NCBI RefSeq assembly: GCF_001194135.2
Contig: NC_068987.1
Span: 15,693,319-15,757,318 of the forward strand
Source: Octopus bimaculoides
Taxonomy: Eukaryota
Direction of reading: 5' to 3'
Length of the DNA: 64,000 nucleotides
The notes beneath the pieces were generated by a model. The model made no database searches and was not told where the DNA came from. It saw nothing but the letters and a program-made list of their open reading frames with translations. Below are positions 37,596 to 45,643 of this stretch, in pieces; position 1 is the stretch's first letter; each line of letters begins with the position of its first letter. Made by a program: the position numbers and the translations under genes.

Positions 37596-38711
37596 ACGGG
37601 CTTCTTTCAGTTTCCGTCTACCAAATCCACTCACAAGGCTTTGGTCGGCCCGAGGCTATAGTAGAAAACACTTGCCCAAGGTGCCACACAGTGGGAATGA
37701 ACCCGGAACCATGTGGTTGGTAAGCAAGCTACTTACCACACAGCCTTGGTGAACCTGAGACTATAATAGAAGGCACTCGACTAAGTTGCCCAGCATGAGA
37801 TATAATCTAAAACCTTTTGATTAATAAAAGTAAACTTCATAACAACACAGCCATAACTGCACCTTACAACATACCTGTGCCTGATTAATAACATAAAAGT
37901 TGTTTTACACCAGTTTTATCATTACTAAAACAGCTTTTGATCATAGGTCTACCAGCTCCAGTTAGAATTTGTTGTCGGCTTCTCTTTGTTTCCCAGTATT
38001 TCTTTCTTCATTTGTGCTTCCTCATTTAAGTTGGTACTTCTGATGGCTGGTATGACCTATTTTTGCATGGAACAGAGATCACATCTAATGGTCAGCCAAG
38101 GCTTGGTTGGATTTGGCAGGTCTTTCATTGTAGCCATTTACCTTCTTCAACAATGTTCTTCAAAATGTACCGCTATGTCAACAGTCTTGCACTGCTTGAA
38201 TGCACAAGAGCCAACAGTACTGAGGCCATCTTTATTGAACATTGTCTTAGATGGGCAGGTCATGTCCACCACATGAATAGCACCAGACTGCCACATCGAA
38301 TCCTCAACAGCAAACTCAGCACTGGCAAGAAAATCTGCAGCTGCCCCATGCAATGCTACATGGACCAACTGAAACAGACAATGAAGAGTACCAAACATTG
38401 ACCCTGAATCCTAGGAGCAACATATAGAAGACAGAACAACATTGTTTGACATGATCAAGATCTTAATAGAATCAGATTAACTTGATTTAACTTATTCAAA
38501 ACTAAAGTAAAATTCTCTTTCTCTTTCATTTCAGAAAATGCCAGAAGACGTACAAAAGCAACTCATGGGAGCAGCTGGTATCTGCCAGCATTTTTATGAC
38601 AGTGCACCAAGTGGACGATATGGCACACTATCTTACATGTGTCGAGCCCTAGCCATTATCCTTCACCTTCCTGTTGATTCAGACAATGGGCTTGAGTGTG
38701 CCATTAGTTAA
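337..38711 (+). CDS. PHKA1/PHKA2: Phosphorylase b kinase regulatory subunit alpha, 3' part of a spliced gene (5' exons lie upstream of the window)
   Basis: Exons 337-568, 1567-1642, 3430-3507, 4184-4260, 5394-5472, 6971-7100, 7682-7780, 27444-27517 (or 22544-22617), 34207-34377, 36012-36065, 36637-36846 and 38535-38711 have GT-AG boundaries and join in one frame. They give the alpha-subunit motifs [80 protein letters not shown] and a terminal CaaX. Confidence 0.97.
1567..1642 (+). CDS. PHKA1/PHKA2: PHKA exon ([26 protein letters not shown])
   Basis: tttcag acceptor, gtaaga donor, phase 2 to 0. Resembles VRELLTELYGK. Confidence 0.92.
3430..3507 (+). CDS. PHKA1/PHKA2: PHKA exon ([26 protein letters not shown])
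   Basis: tttcag/gtaact boundaries, 78 nt, phase 0 to 0. Confidence 0.93.
4184..4260 (+). CDS. PHKA1/PHKA2: PHKA exon ([25 protein letters not shown])
   Basis: ttgtag/gtatgt boundaries, 77 nt. [14 protein letters not shown] motif. Confidence 0.95.
4472..5067. mobile_element. Degenerate foldback/Mutator-like non-autonomous DNA transposon with TTAGGG-like repeats
   Basis: About 190-bp imperfect terminal inverted repeats (aagacttc..cccaccccac...aaaattg.caaaaatc). Flanks tgaataatg (4463-4471) and taaataatg (5068-5076) match at 8 of 9. Degenerate ttaggg array at about 4825-4890. Confidence 0.65.
5394..5472 (+). CDS. PHKA1/PHKA2: PHKA exon ([27 protein letters not shown])
   Basis: tttcag/gtcagt boundaries, 79 nt, phase 2 to 0. 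Confidence 0.94.
6843..6916 (-). tRNA. tRNA-Thr(TGT)-like pseudogene or isolated SINE head
   Basis: 74-nt cloverleaf by eye: D arm gctt/aagc, anticodon stem cgtga/tcacg with loop catgtaa, T loop ttcgagt. Mismatches in the acceptor and T stems. Confidence 0.4.
6971..7100 (+). CDS. PHKA1/PHKA2: PHKA exon ([43 protein letters not shown])
   Basis: ctccag/gtacgc boundaries, 130 nt, highly conserved alpha-subunit segment. Confidence 0.96.
7682..7780 (+). CDS. PHKA1/PHKA2: PHKA exon ([33 protein letters not shown])
   Basis: AAG acceptor at 7680-7681, gtgagt donor, 99 nt, phase 1 to 1. Confidence 0.95.
8642..8847. mobile_element. TA-flanked MITE with 69-bp TIRs (Tc1/mariner-type TSD)
   Basis: agagggatgaccactaagtggacatcc...aagaa pairs with its reverse complement with 1 mismatch. 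TA on both sides. Confidence 0.9.
9655..9900 (-). mobile_element. SINE/retro family C with (GAT)n tail
   Basis: Core ttaggaagggcatccagctgtagaaac...acccatgctagcatggaaagc.gacgttaaa.gatgatg. Other copies at about 5160-5295, 31940-32130, 32410-32590, 39950-40170, 44140-44320(-), 46525-46720(-), 53140-53365, 59940-60340 and 61500-61720(-). Confidence 0.85.
10370..10770 (-). mobile_element. SINE family B (tRNA head, central TA/CA microsatellite, conserved tail)
   Basis: Head ggtgcaggagtggctgtgtggtaag...ggttc. Tail ...ctccagcatggccgcagtcaaatgactgaaacaag. Other copies at about 2547-2910, 34897-35560, 37345-37748(-), 44595-44800, 47820-48040, 54815-55200(-) and 57810-57975. Confidence 0.9.
12759..13335 (+). 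mobile_element. 5'-truncated R4/Dong-like (RLE) non-LTR retrotransposon remnant
   Basis: Translates with breaks as [14 protein letters not shown]...KCRRC...ECSKL.QKEY (zinc knuckle), then DHCRIL.DF..ETDHII...VEKYQNIA. Begins after (AAT)n at 12712-12757. Confidence 0.8.
13336..14050 (-). mobile_element. 5'-truncated R4/Dong-like (RLE) retrotransposon remnant, opposite orientation
   Basis: ORF 13802..14002 ([19 protein letters not shown]...[13 protein letters not shown]) continues into degenerate RLE (DKVDTIVH...ERWNDHK...KY.NLKYE..KIWNC). Preceded by (AAT)n at 14057-14087. Confidence 0.82.
14500..15345 (+). mobile_element. Tandem cluster of four SINE family A copies joined by (TTA)n
   Basis: Repeated ggc.gt.agctggcagaatcgttagc...gagttcaaattcc...tttcatccttt.ggggtcga..aagtaccag...ggccttgtgcc..tagtagaaag.attatt. 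Other copies at about 5845-6015, 6263-6480, 17058-17270, 22040-22255, 33600-34095, 35570-35975, 44290-44510(-), 45705-45850(-), 51590-51770(-) and 63775-63985. Confidence 0.9.
17711..17990 (+). mobile_element. tRNA-headed short retroelement with a Penelope-type hammerhead motif
   Basis: Head 17743-17815 has an A box (tggtgtagtggttaag) and a B box (gagttcaattcc). CTGATGA...GAAACGTT at 17893-17928. 17711-17732 is an inverted copy of the 3' end. Confidence 0.65.
17889..17932 (+). ncRNA. Minimal type-I hammerhead ribozyme motif (stem II degenerate)
   Basis: acac-CTGATGA-a-ggctg-aagggtatat-caact-GAAA-c-GTT-gtgt. Stem I is acac/gtgt, the core is intact, and the cleavage triplet is GUU. Confidence 0.55.
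18580..18615. promoter_or_regulatory. Putative NRF1-type motif pair in a CpG-rich intronic patch
   Basis: acgcatgcgt and acgcatgcgcac about 8 nt apart, resembling the NRF1 palindrome TGCGCATGCGCA. actac motifs adjacent. Confidence 0.35.
18747..19013. mobile_element. Mutator-like MITE (267 bp) carrying telomeric (CCCTAA)n-type repeats
   Basis: 85-bp TIRs (18747-18831 / 18929-19013) with few mismatches. Perfect 9-bp TSD tgatttgtg at 18738-18746 and 19014-19022. GG...CC termini. Confidence 0.92.
19470..19832 (+). mobile_element. tRNA-derived SINE (distinct family) with 13-bp TSD
   Basis: B-box-like gtttcgattcc, caacaa tail, TSD acatgaggctcaa at 19457-19469 and 19833-19845. CpG-rich, hence likely young. 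Confidence 0.85.
19845..20070. repeat. Degenerate minisatellite, core gtttatacaggaaatataag
   Basis: About 7 imperfect copies at roughly 27-35 nt spacing. Confidence 0.7.
20245..20356. repeat. Perfect 48-bp inverted repeat with 16-nt loop (possible collapsed mariner-type MITE)
   Basis: 20245-20292 is the exact reverse complement of 20309-20356. It reads ta|tacaaggg...cccttgta|ta. Confidence 0.9.
21610..21984 (-). mobile_element. 3' end of an R4/Dong-like RLE retrotransposon (intact endonuclease C-terminus and 3' UTR)
   Basis: ORF 21679..21984: IIDVTIP...KYSELK.E...[10 protein letters not shown]...[17 protein letters not shown]. (TAA)n tracts on both sides. Confidence 0.9.
22544..22617 (+). 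CDS. PHKA1/PHKA2: Candidate alternative PHKA exon A ([25 protein letters not shown]; may extend to 22647 via a second donor)
   Basis: First AG after a ~260-nt AG-free pyrimidine-rich stretch. Open in phase 1. In-frame donors gtattt (22618) and gttact (22648) both give phase 0. No homology recognised. Confidence 0.5.
22684..22898. mobile_element. TTAA-flanked (piggyBac-like) MITE; related pieces at about 24540-24648, 47382-47530 and 60950-61200
   Basis: ttaaccttt... and ...aaaggtta termini. Shared internal blocks (catggaattt/gaaattttgatg, tttaaat) between copies. Confidence 0.55.
26790..27100 (-). mobile_element. Degenerate RTE-like LINE 3' fragment
   Basis: Minus frame gives [25 protein letters not shown], resembling the RGRP.TRW.D.I motif after the RT domain. 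Confidence 0.45.
27444..27517 (+). CDS. PHKA1/PHKA2: PHKA variable-region exon B ([25 protein letters not shown])
   Basis: Long polypyrimidine tract, AAG acceptor, cag/gtattt donor. Its phase 1 to 0 bridges exon 7682-7780 (ends phase 1) to exon 34207 (starts phase 0). Contains RRxS. Confidence 0.8.
30330..30730 (+). mobile_element. Degenerate RTE-like LINE 3' fragment
   Basis: Frames give [23 protein letters not shown]...[10 protein letters not shown]...[17 protein letters not shown]. Confidence 0.75.
34207..34377 (+). CDS. PHKA1/PHKA2: PHKA exon ([57 protein letters not shown])
   Basis: cttag/gtaagt boundaries, 171 nt. The [13 protein letters not shown] motif is diagnostic of alpha rather than beta. 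Confidence 0.97.
35194..35296. mobile_element. Internally deleted copy of the 8642-8847 MITE
   Basis: Same termini agagggatgac...gtcatccctct with TA flanks. Confidence 0.85.
36012..36065 (+). CDS. PHKA1/PHKA2: PHKA exon ([18 protein letters not shown])
   Basis: ctgtag/gtaagg boundaries, 54 nt, phase 0 to 0. Corresponds to the LSV....LPSSTTRE segment. Confidence 0.88.
36637..36846 (+). CDS. PHKA1/PHKA2: PHKA exon ([13 protein letters not shown]...[10 protein letters not shown])
   Basis: acacag/gtcagt boundaries, 210 nt. ORF 36637..36891 carries [11 protein letters not shown]. Confidence 0.96.
37990..38460 (+). mobile_element. Degenerate RTE-clade LINE 3' fragment in the last PHKA intron
   Basis: ORF 38063..38401: [46 protein letters not shown]...[10 protein letters not shown]. 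Confidence 0.85.
38535..38711 (+). CDS. PHKA1/PHKA2: PHKA terminal coding exon (KMPEDVQ...[12 protein letters not shown]...GLECAIS*)
   Basis: tttcag acceptor, TAA stop at 38709-38711, CaaX terminus. Confidence 0.96.
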   Translation, partial: KMPEDVQKQLMGAAGICQHFYDSAPSGRYGTLSYMCRALAIILHLPVDSDNGLECAIS

Positions 38712-38744
38712 ACTTAATAAGAAATATTTATTTTATATATATAT

Positions 38745-38801
<57 letters not shown>

Positions 38802-39256
38802 AATAAACAAAAACTGATTTATTATCATTATTTTTATTATTATTATTAGTTATTATTATTGGCCTTGTGTCAAATTGGAAAGAATTTTATTATTATTATT
38901 ACTGTTATTATTATTATTATTATTGATATTTATTTCTTGATGTGAGATGAAATTTTGTTCTTTTTAAAAAAAAAAAAAATTATTATTTTTGTTTCCTTAA
39001 TTTTGTTTTAAGGAATAAAGAAAGGTAACCTGTTAATCCATGAATGTAATTTAGGCAGCGCTTCAGCATGGCTGCAGTCCATTGGCTGAAACCAGCAGAA
39101 GGTTATAATAACCTGAACACAAAACTATAATGTCTTTATGCATGTGTAAGGATGTATAAATCAGGAAAAGCACAATTTGATATATATTAGTAGCAAAGAC
39201 ATCTATTTTATATACACTTATAAATCTGGTGCAGTTTGAAGTCTTGCAGACCTGCG

Positions 39257-39304
<48 letters not shown>

Positions 39305-40289
39305 TATTTTATTTATTTATTAATTTTTTTTTTTTTTTTAAATTGAAAAATCCTCCACATAAATATAGATATCATGTTTGTCAGATCTGATAAAATGTTT
39401 AGTTAAATTCACATGCATATCTATACACATACATATTTCTACATGCATACACACACACATATATATAATAATAATAATATACAGACACCACAGACACATG
39501 CATATTTTAAAGTGAGTTTAAGTGTAAGAATAGAACATTTACTGATGATAGAAAGGGAGTCAGTACCAAGAACAGAGTTAAGTTTATTGTAAAAGTTGTT
39601 TTGACTGGGCCATAAAGCCCCAGTCAGAATACGAATTTTTTCATTGAATGCATGTGTGTGTGTATGTATGTGTGTGCATGTATATGTAAGGCTATTGTTT
39701 ATTTTGTTGAAGATTAAAAAGCACTCAAGAGAACCTTGTGTTAGAATTGTGACTTCAACAATTATGTAATCATTTTAAAAAGTAGTGATTAGTTTAAAGC
39801 CTTTAAAAGTAATTTCTTTTCAACCCACCTATGAGCAGTCATTTACAGGTGATCAACCAATAAACCAACTGAATGTAACTACATTTTGAAAGCACTTCTT
39901 TCAATACTGCACCCCGACTTCCAAGGGGATCTTGTTTTGCAAGATACTTGGCGACATCACTAGTGCTAGTGCCATGAAAAAAAGCATCCAACATGCTGTA
40001 TTGACATTAAAAATGGCATCCAGCTTTAGAAACGATGCCCAAATTGAAAGACTGGAGTAAAGAGGCGTTATGCTCTGACTCACTGGATCCTGTCCAACCA
40101 TCCTAAACATTGCATTGCTAGCTTGGGAAGTGGACGTGAAATGCTGATGCTGTTATTAATGATGATGATGATAGTTGGCAGAAAAGTTAGAAAAAATGGT
40201 ATAAGGCCTGAAGCTTTGTGCAGGGCACTTTCAGAAGTTTGATGCATGTCATGCTCAAAACACTCGGCCTTTGAGTCATTTTTGTAAGT

Positions 40290-40311
40290 TTTCTGCCATA
40301 TATATATACAT

Positions 40312-40342
<31 letters not shown>

Positions 40343-40407
40343 AACATACATACATATATATATATGTATATATACGTACATACATATATATATACATATG
40401 TATATAC

Positions 40408-40482
<75 letters not shown>

Positions 40483-40543
40483 TTTACATATATATTCATA
40501 CACATATATATATACACATACATATATATACACATACGTACAA

Positions 40544-40578
<35 letters not shown>

Positions 40579-40620
40579 TATATAGAGATATATACACACA
40601 TACATATATATATATATGCT
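40290..40620. repeat. Long compound (TA)n/(TACA)n microsatellite; similar tracts at 11715-11882, 12118-12190, 45080-45460 and 53365-53700
   Basis: Direct reading. These tracts explain the IYIY-rich spurious ORFs. Confidence 0.95.
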
Positions 40621-41982
40621 ACCAAGGCAGTGCCCTAGTATGACTGCAGTCCAATGACTGAAACACACAAATATATATAAATAAAAACACCAAGCCTTTC
40701 ATGGAAATCTACTTACCAATGATTTCAGATTGTAGTTGGTTTGAAGCCTGCGTATACTGCAGTCTGTCTCAAGGTATTGTTACTCAAAACAGAGAAGCTT
40801 GTGACTGTATGTCACTGGGTTTTTTTTTATTAATTGTGACAATGAAAAATAAAAAAATCACCCAATGCTCATTTTAAAGCTTTACATCCTTTTAGAGTCA
40901 ACATGTGAAACTTATTTTAATCTGGAGTAGTAACAACAGTTCAAATCCTATAACTTGTACTGTACTGGATACATAGGACAAGATATTTTGCTCTAAGTAA
41001 GCAACTAACAAAAGAGAATTTATATTTTTAACTTGATTCTGCTAACAATATTAGTTGCTGTAAATTTTACAATTAATGATGTTATTTAACATTGACACAA
41101 GGGCCGCTAATATTTGGGGAAAAAGTGGGTAAGTTTACTAAAATGAACCTCAGTACTTAACATGTAGATATTTTTATCAAACGTAGGAGGATACAAAGCA
41201 AAATGAACACAGGCAGGAATCATAATAAATATGTTAGAGACACACACACACACACACACAAACATAAATATTTTTAAATAGTTGGTCTGGTTTTCTGTTC
41301 TGTCAGCAATGATTAGTAATGATGCTGATAACGAAAATACAATTATTTCATAATTAGAATTATCAAAAAGATACCTGTAATACTAACTAAATCATATTTT
41401 CCATCTCATTCCCTACCATCACTAATATTTTTAATTAAATTTCCACACCTTAGGACTGCTGTAAATTAATTTAATTTATGACCTAAAATAAATTTCTTTC
41501 TGTGCTTCCTGCCTCATTTCTTTCATTTGGAGTCATTTTGATTTTTTGTTTTTTTATTTTAAATCTTAAAAATTTTTTCTTTTGCCCCTTTTTGCAGGTT
41601 TTTTGCTGTATAAACCATCCCCAGAAGAATGAATCAAATAATTGAGTACATATTTTTGATTTTCTTTATTCAATTTTAGTTCAATCACAAAAATTTTTCC
41701 TCCTTACAGGTTGATGGTCTTCAGTTTGTATATTGTCAAAAATATATATAAGCAACAGAGGTAATATTTATCTCCATGTGGATGTTCTGTTAGAACAAAC
41801 TATACTGTGGTTGATACCATGGGAGAAACTCTATAAGCTTTTGGTGCAAAATGCACACTTTTATATCAGTAGCAGGGAGATAAATGCCTGCTACCTCCAT
41901 TGTGGAGACCACCAGATCATGTGATTTTCACTTTGGTTTTGTCACAAATGTTCAACTGTGACTGTTTGCTGCTACTGTTCTT

Positions 41983-42206
41983 TTAAGCTTTAGCATTTAA
42001 ACCAGCCATATCCAGCTCAAATATTCTACCTGTTTGATGTTCAAACTGGTTAGATCTGGCCTATCACACCTACCCTTCAATGTCATTCTAATGATAAATA
42101 ATCACAAAATAAAAATTACAAAGCTACCGGATAAACGATAAATTAATTTCAAAATAATGTGAATAAATAAGCATTTGACAGAGTAATCTGAACGCTAGAG
42201 GGTTAA
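41983..42206. mobile_element. Second TTAA-flanked MITE family; related copies at about 7480-7637 and 30064-30225 (inverted)
   Basis: ttaa..tttagc / gctagagggttaa termini. Shared aatgacattg..gtaggtgt..agatctgg..gatatggc..tttaaa core. Confidence 0.6.
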
Positions 42207-42534
42207 ACATAGGTCAGTCCTAATCAAGCAGACTTATGAATGATCAAGAGTCTTTCTAGTCATGGCCATCTTGTCATTTTATAAATAAGGGACTTACATT
42301 GTCCAATGTACTTGTGTGCTAAGTACGATTTGGAGCAAGTTGGTTGCTCTTTTAGCAGATCAAACAACCACATAGAAGCCAGTCATTGGCTTGACTGAGT
42401 CAACCATTCTGTCAATTTTTTTTTTTTTCTTCCAGAAGCAATTGTTAGATTTGCAGTTAAGAACAAGAGACATGAATTAGATAGCATAAAATATTTTGTC
42501 CAGATCTCTGCTGTTTTATATTTCCAAATTGATC

Positions 42535-43119
42535 AAGAAGAACATTAGAATTTGAAATCCTGCCCCAAATTTCTCTTAGTTGAGATTTTAAGTATTGAAA
42601 TGCTACCATAGCGTGTTGCTGCAGATAATCTTCTTATCAAAATTTAATCTAATCTCAGCAGACCTTTGTTATACTTTAAAATACCAAGGTAGATTCTCCA
42701 TTCAGGTGAATACTTCCAATTTAATTCAATATCANNNNNNNNNNNNNNNNNNNNNNNNNNNNNNNNNNNNNNNNNNNNNNNNNNNNNNNNNNNNNNNNNN
42801 NNNNNNNNNNNNNNNNNNNNNNNNNNNNNNNNNNNNNNNNNNNNNNNNACCTTTGTTATACTTTAAAATACCAAGGTAGATTCTCCATTCAGGTGAATAC
42901 TTCCAATTTAATTCAATATCAAGAAGAACATTAGAATTTGAAATCCTGCCCCAAATTTCTCTTAGTTGAGATTTTAAGTATTGAAATGCTACCATAGCGT
43001 GTTGCTGCAGATAATCTTCTTATCAAAATTTAATCTAATCTCAGCAGACCTTTGTTATACTTTAAAATACCAAGGTAGATTCTCCATTCAGGTGAATACT
43101 TCCAATTTAATTCAATATC
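42535..43119. repeat. 199-bp tandem duplication spanning an assembly gap
   Basis: 42535-42733 equals 42921-43119. A partial third copy lies at 42849-42920. N gap at 42735-42848. Confidence 0.85.
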
Positions 43120-45565
43120 AGAAAAATGGGAAGAGGAGAAGCAATTCATAAGTGGTGCTTTAAACCGACTGAAATTTAATTTTATGGATTTTCATCTGAT
43201 ACATGCAAGCAAGGAAAAGTAGAGATCACAATGATAATGCTAATAATTCAAAAGCACAAAGGCAACACCCATTACATTTTCACAGAACTTCCAGGACTAG
43301 TGGGTTATCCTCAAACTGGAGAAGTAGTCCAAAGACTTGCGACAGAAGACTCTGCTAAAGGCACTCAACTTTTAGTGAAATCCATTACATCACAATCACG
43401 TCCTGGGAATTCAAAGGTGATGTTAAACTGGGTGAGGGGCTGAGTTTACCACCCATGCTTTTGTAATTTACAAGCATGGGTTGGATGGTTAAGAATTTTG
43501 CTTCCCAACCACATGGTTTCAAGTTCAGCCCCACTGCATCCCGAGGCAAGTATCTACTACTCTTGTCCTGGGCTGACCAAAGCCTTGTGAATTTGCTAGA
43601 TGGTTGTATGTATGGGTGTGTGCATTCTTGTTTAGGTATCACATGATAGTTGTAAATGAGTATCACCTGGTACAAGCAGTGTCATTCGTTTACAATCTTC
43701 CATGAAAACATTTGTCAGATGCTTCGAAACAGATGAGTTGGACACAGGAAAGTCATTGACCAAGAGAAGAATCTACCTCAACAAATTCTGATGAGTGCAA
43801 CCATGGAAAAATGGACTTTAAAATGGTGATGATGATGAATGAATATATTGTGTTCTTGGATTAGACACAGAGCTCAATTTAGTATATAGACCATTGGCTC
43901 GAAGCAGCTGGCAATTTCTCATTACATCAAATGAAATTCTACCTAGAAAAAGTAGCACACAAATAAGAACAGTGGATAGGCACGGGCATGTCTGTGTGGC
44001 TTAGAAACATACCTCCCAACCGTATGGTCTCACTGCACTGCAGCTTGGGCAAGTGTCTTCTACAATAGCCCTGGGCCAATCAAACCCTAGTGAGTGGATT
44101 TGATAGATAAAAACTGAAAGAAGTCTGTGGTGTGTATATCATCATCATTTAATGTCCATTTTCCATGCTAGCATGGGTTGGACTGTTTCACAGAAGCTGG
44201 TCAGCTGAAGAGCTGCCTGGGCTCCATGTATGTTTTGGCATGGTTTCTATGGCTGGATGCCCTTCCGAATGCCAATCACTTTACAGAGTGTACTGGGTGC
44301 TTTTACGTGGCACTGGCACAGGTGCTTATATTTCTTTTTTACTCTAGGCACAAAGCCCGAAATTTTGGGGGAGGGGGCTAGCCAATTAGATCGAGCCAGT
44401 ATGCAACTGGTACTTATATTTTTTCAACCCTGAAAAGATGAAAGGCAAAGTTGACCTCAGCGGAATTTGAACTCAGAATGTAAAGACAGATGAAATACCG
44501 TTAAGGTACTTATATTCAAAGAGATTTCTTCCGGACTTTACAACAAATCTCTAAAATTATATCATACAATTCTTCACCACAACTATCTCATTTATGTTTG
44601 TGTGTCTGTGTCTGTCCCCCCCCCCACCATCGCTTGACAACCGATGCTGGTGTGTTTATGTCCCCGTAACTTAGCGGTTCAGCAGAAAGAGACCGATAGA
44701 ATAAGGCTTACAAAGAATAAGTCCTGGGGTCGATTGCTCGACTAAAGGCAGTGCTCCAGCATGGCCGCAGTCAAATGACTGAAAAGAGTAAAAGAGTATA
44801 CCACAGGTACCATGCTGTTACTGCTCCAAGTTGTTTTAACATCAATAATGAAAGACTAACAATGTTTTTTTTAAAAAAGAACAAAAACAAAAAGCAACTA
44901 TTTATTGAACAGCTTTTAAAAATCAACACCTAATTTACATTATTATTATCATCATTATTAACATTTATTAATTAATATTATTATCGTAATTGATGCTCAT
45001 TCCTAGCTGGTAAATTTATCTATTTCAAATTGGCATACTTTTCTCATTTTTCATAAAATCCTGCCACTGACATTAGTTTAGTGTGTGTGTATGTGTGTGT
45101 GTATATATATATACATACATACACACACATGTTTATACACATAATACAATAAAAACACATGTACATGCTATTTATACATGTATGTATGTATGTACATTCG
45201 CCCTATATTTTTTCCATGCTAATAGCATCAAAAATCAGACACAACATATCCAAACATACATACATACATATAAATGTGTGTGTATGTGTATACACATACA
45301 CGTGTATATTATATATATATATATACACACACACATACATGCACAGAAATATACATGAATATGTACACCTGTATATGTGTATATATACACAAACATATAT
45401 ATATATATTTACATATACACAAGACATAAATATATACACACACACACACACACACACATTTGTCAGACAGTTGATTTTCAAATAACACAGGTGCCAGCAG
45501 ACACCGTCTTATCAAGATGTTATCAGTATTCATCAACCAATACAATTTACAGCAATCTTGTTAAG

Positions 45566-45643
45566 TCATGAACCAAATTCTTTTGTTTCAGGTGTGATTG
45601 GCTGGAATTCATAGTTGCCTTGTCCATCCATCTTCAAATAATA
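45566..45643 (-). CDS. ABCD3: ABCD3 terminal exon ([25 protein letters not shown])
   Basis: cag acceptor, TGA at 45566-45568. Confidence 0.97.
   Translation of the reverse strand, partial: YYLKMDGQGNYEFQPITPETKEFGS

Noticed and set aside
39259-39299. Long poly-T run downstream of the PHKA stop
   Set aside because: No TSD or associated retrocopy body seen. Treated as a simple homopolymer in the 3' UTR or intergenic DNA.
38712-45565. Convergent PHKA-ABCD3 arrangement as a functional unit
   Set aside because: The stops are about 6.9 kb apart with ordinary repeats between. There is no sequence evidence for overlap or co-regulation.
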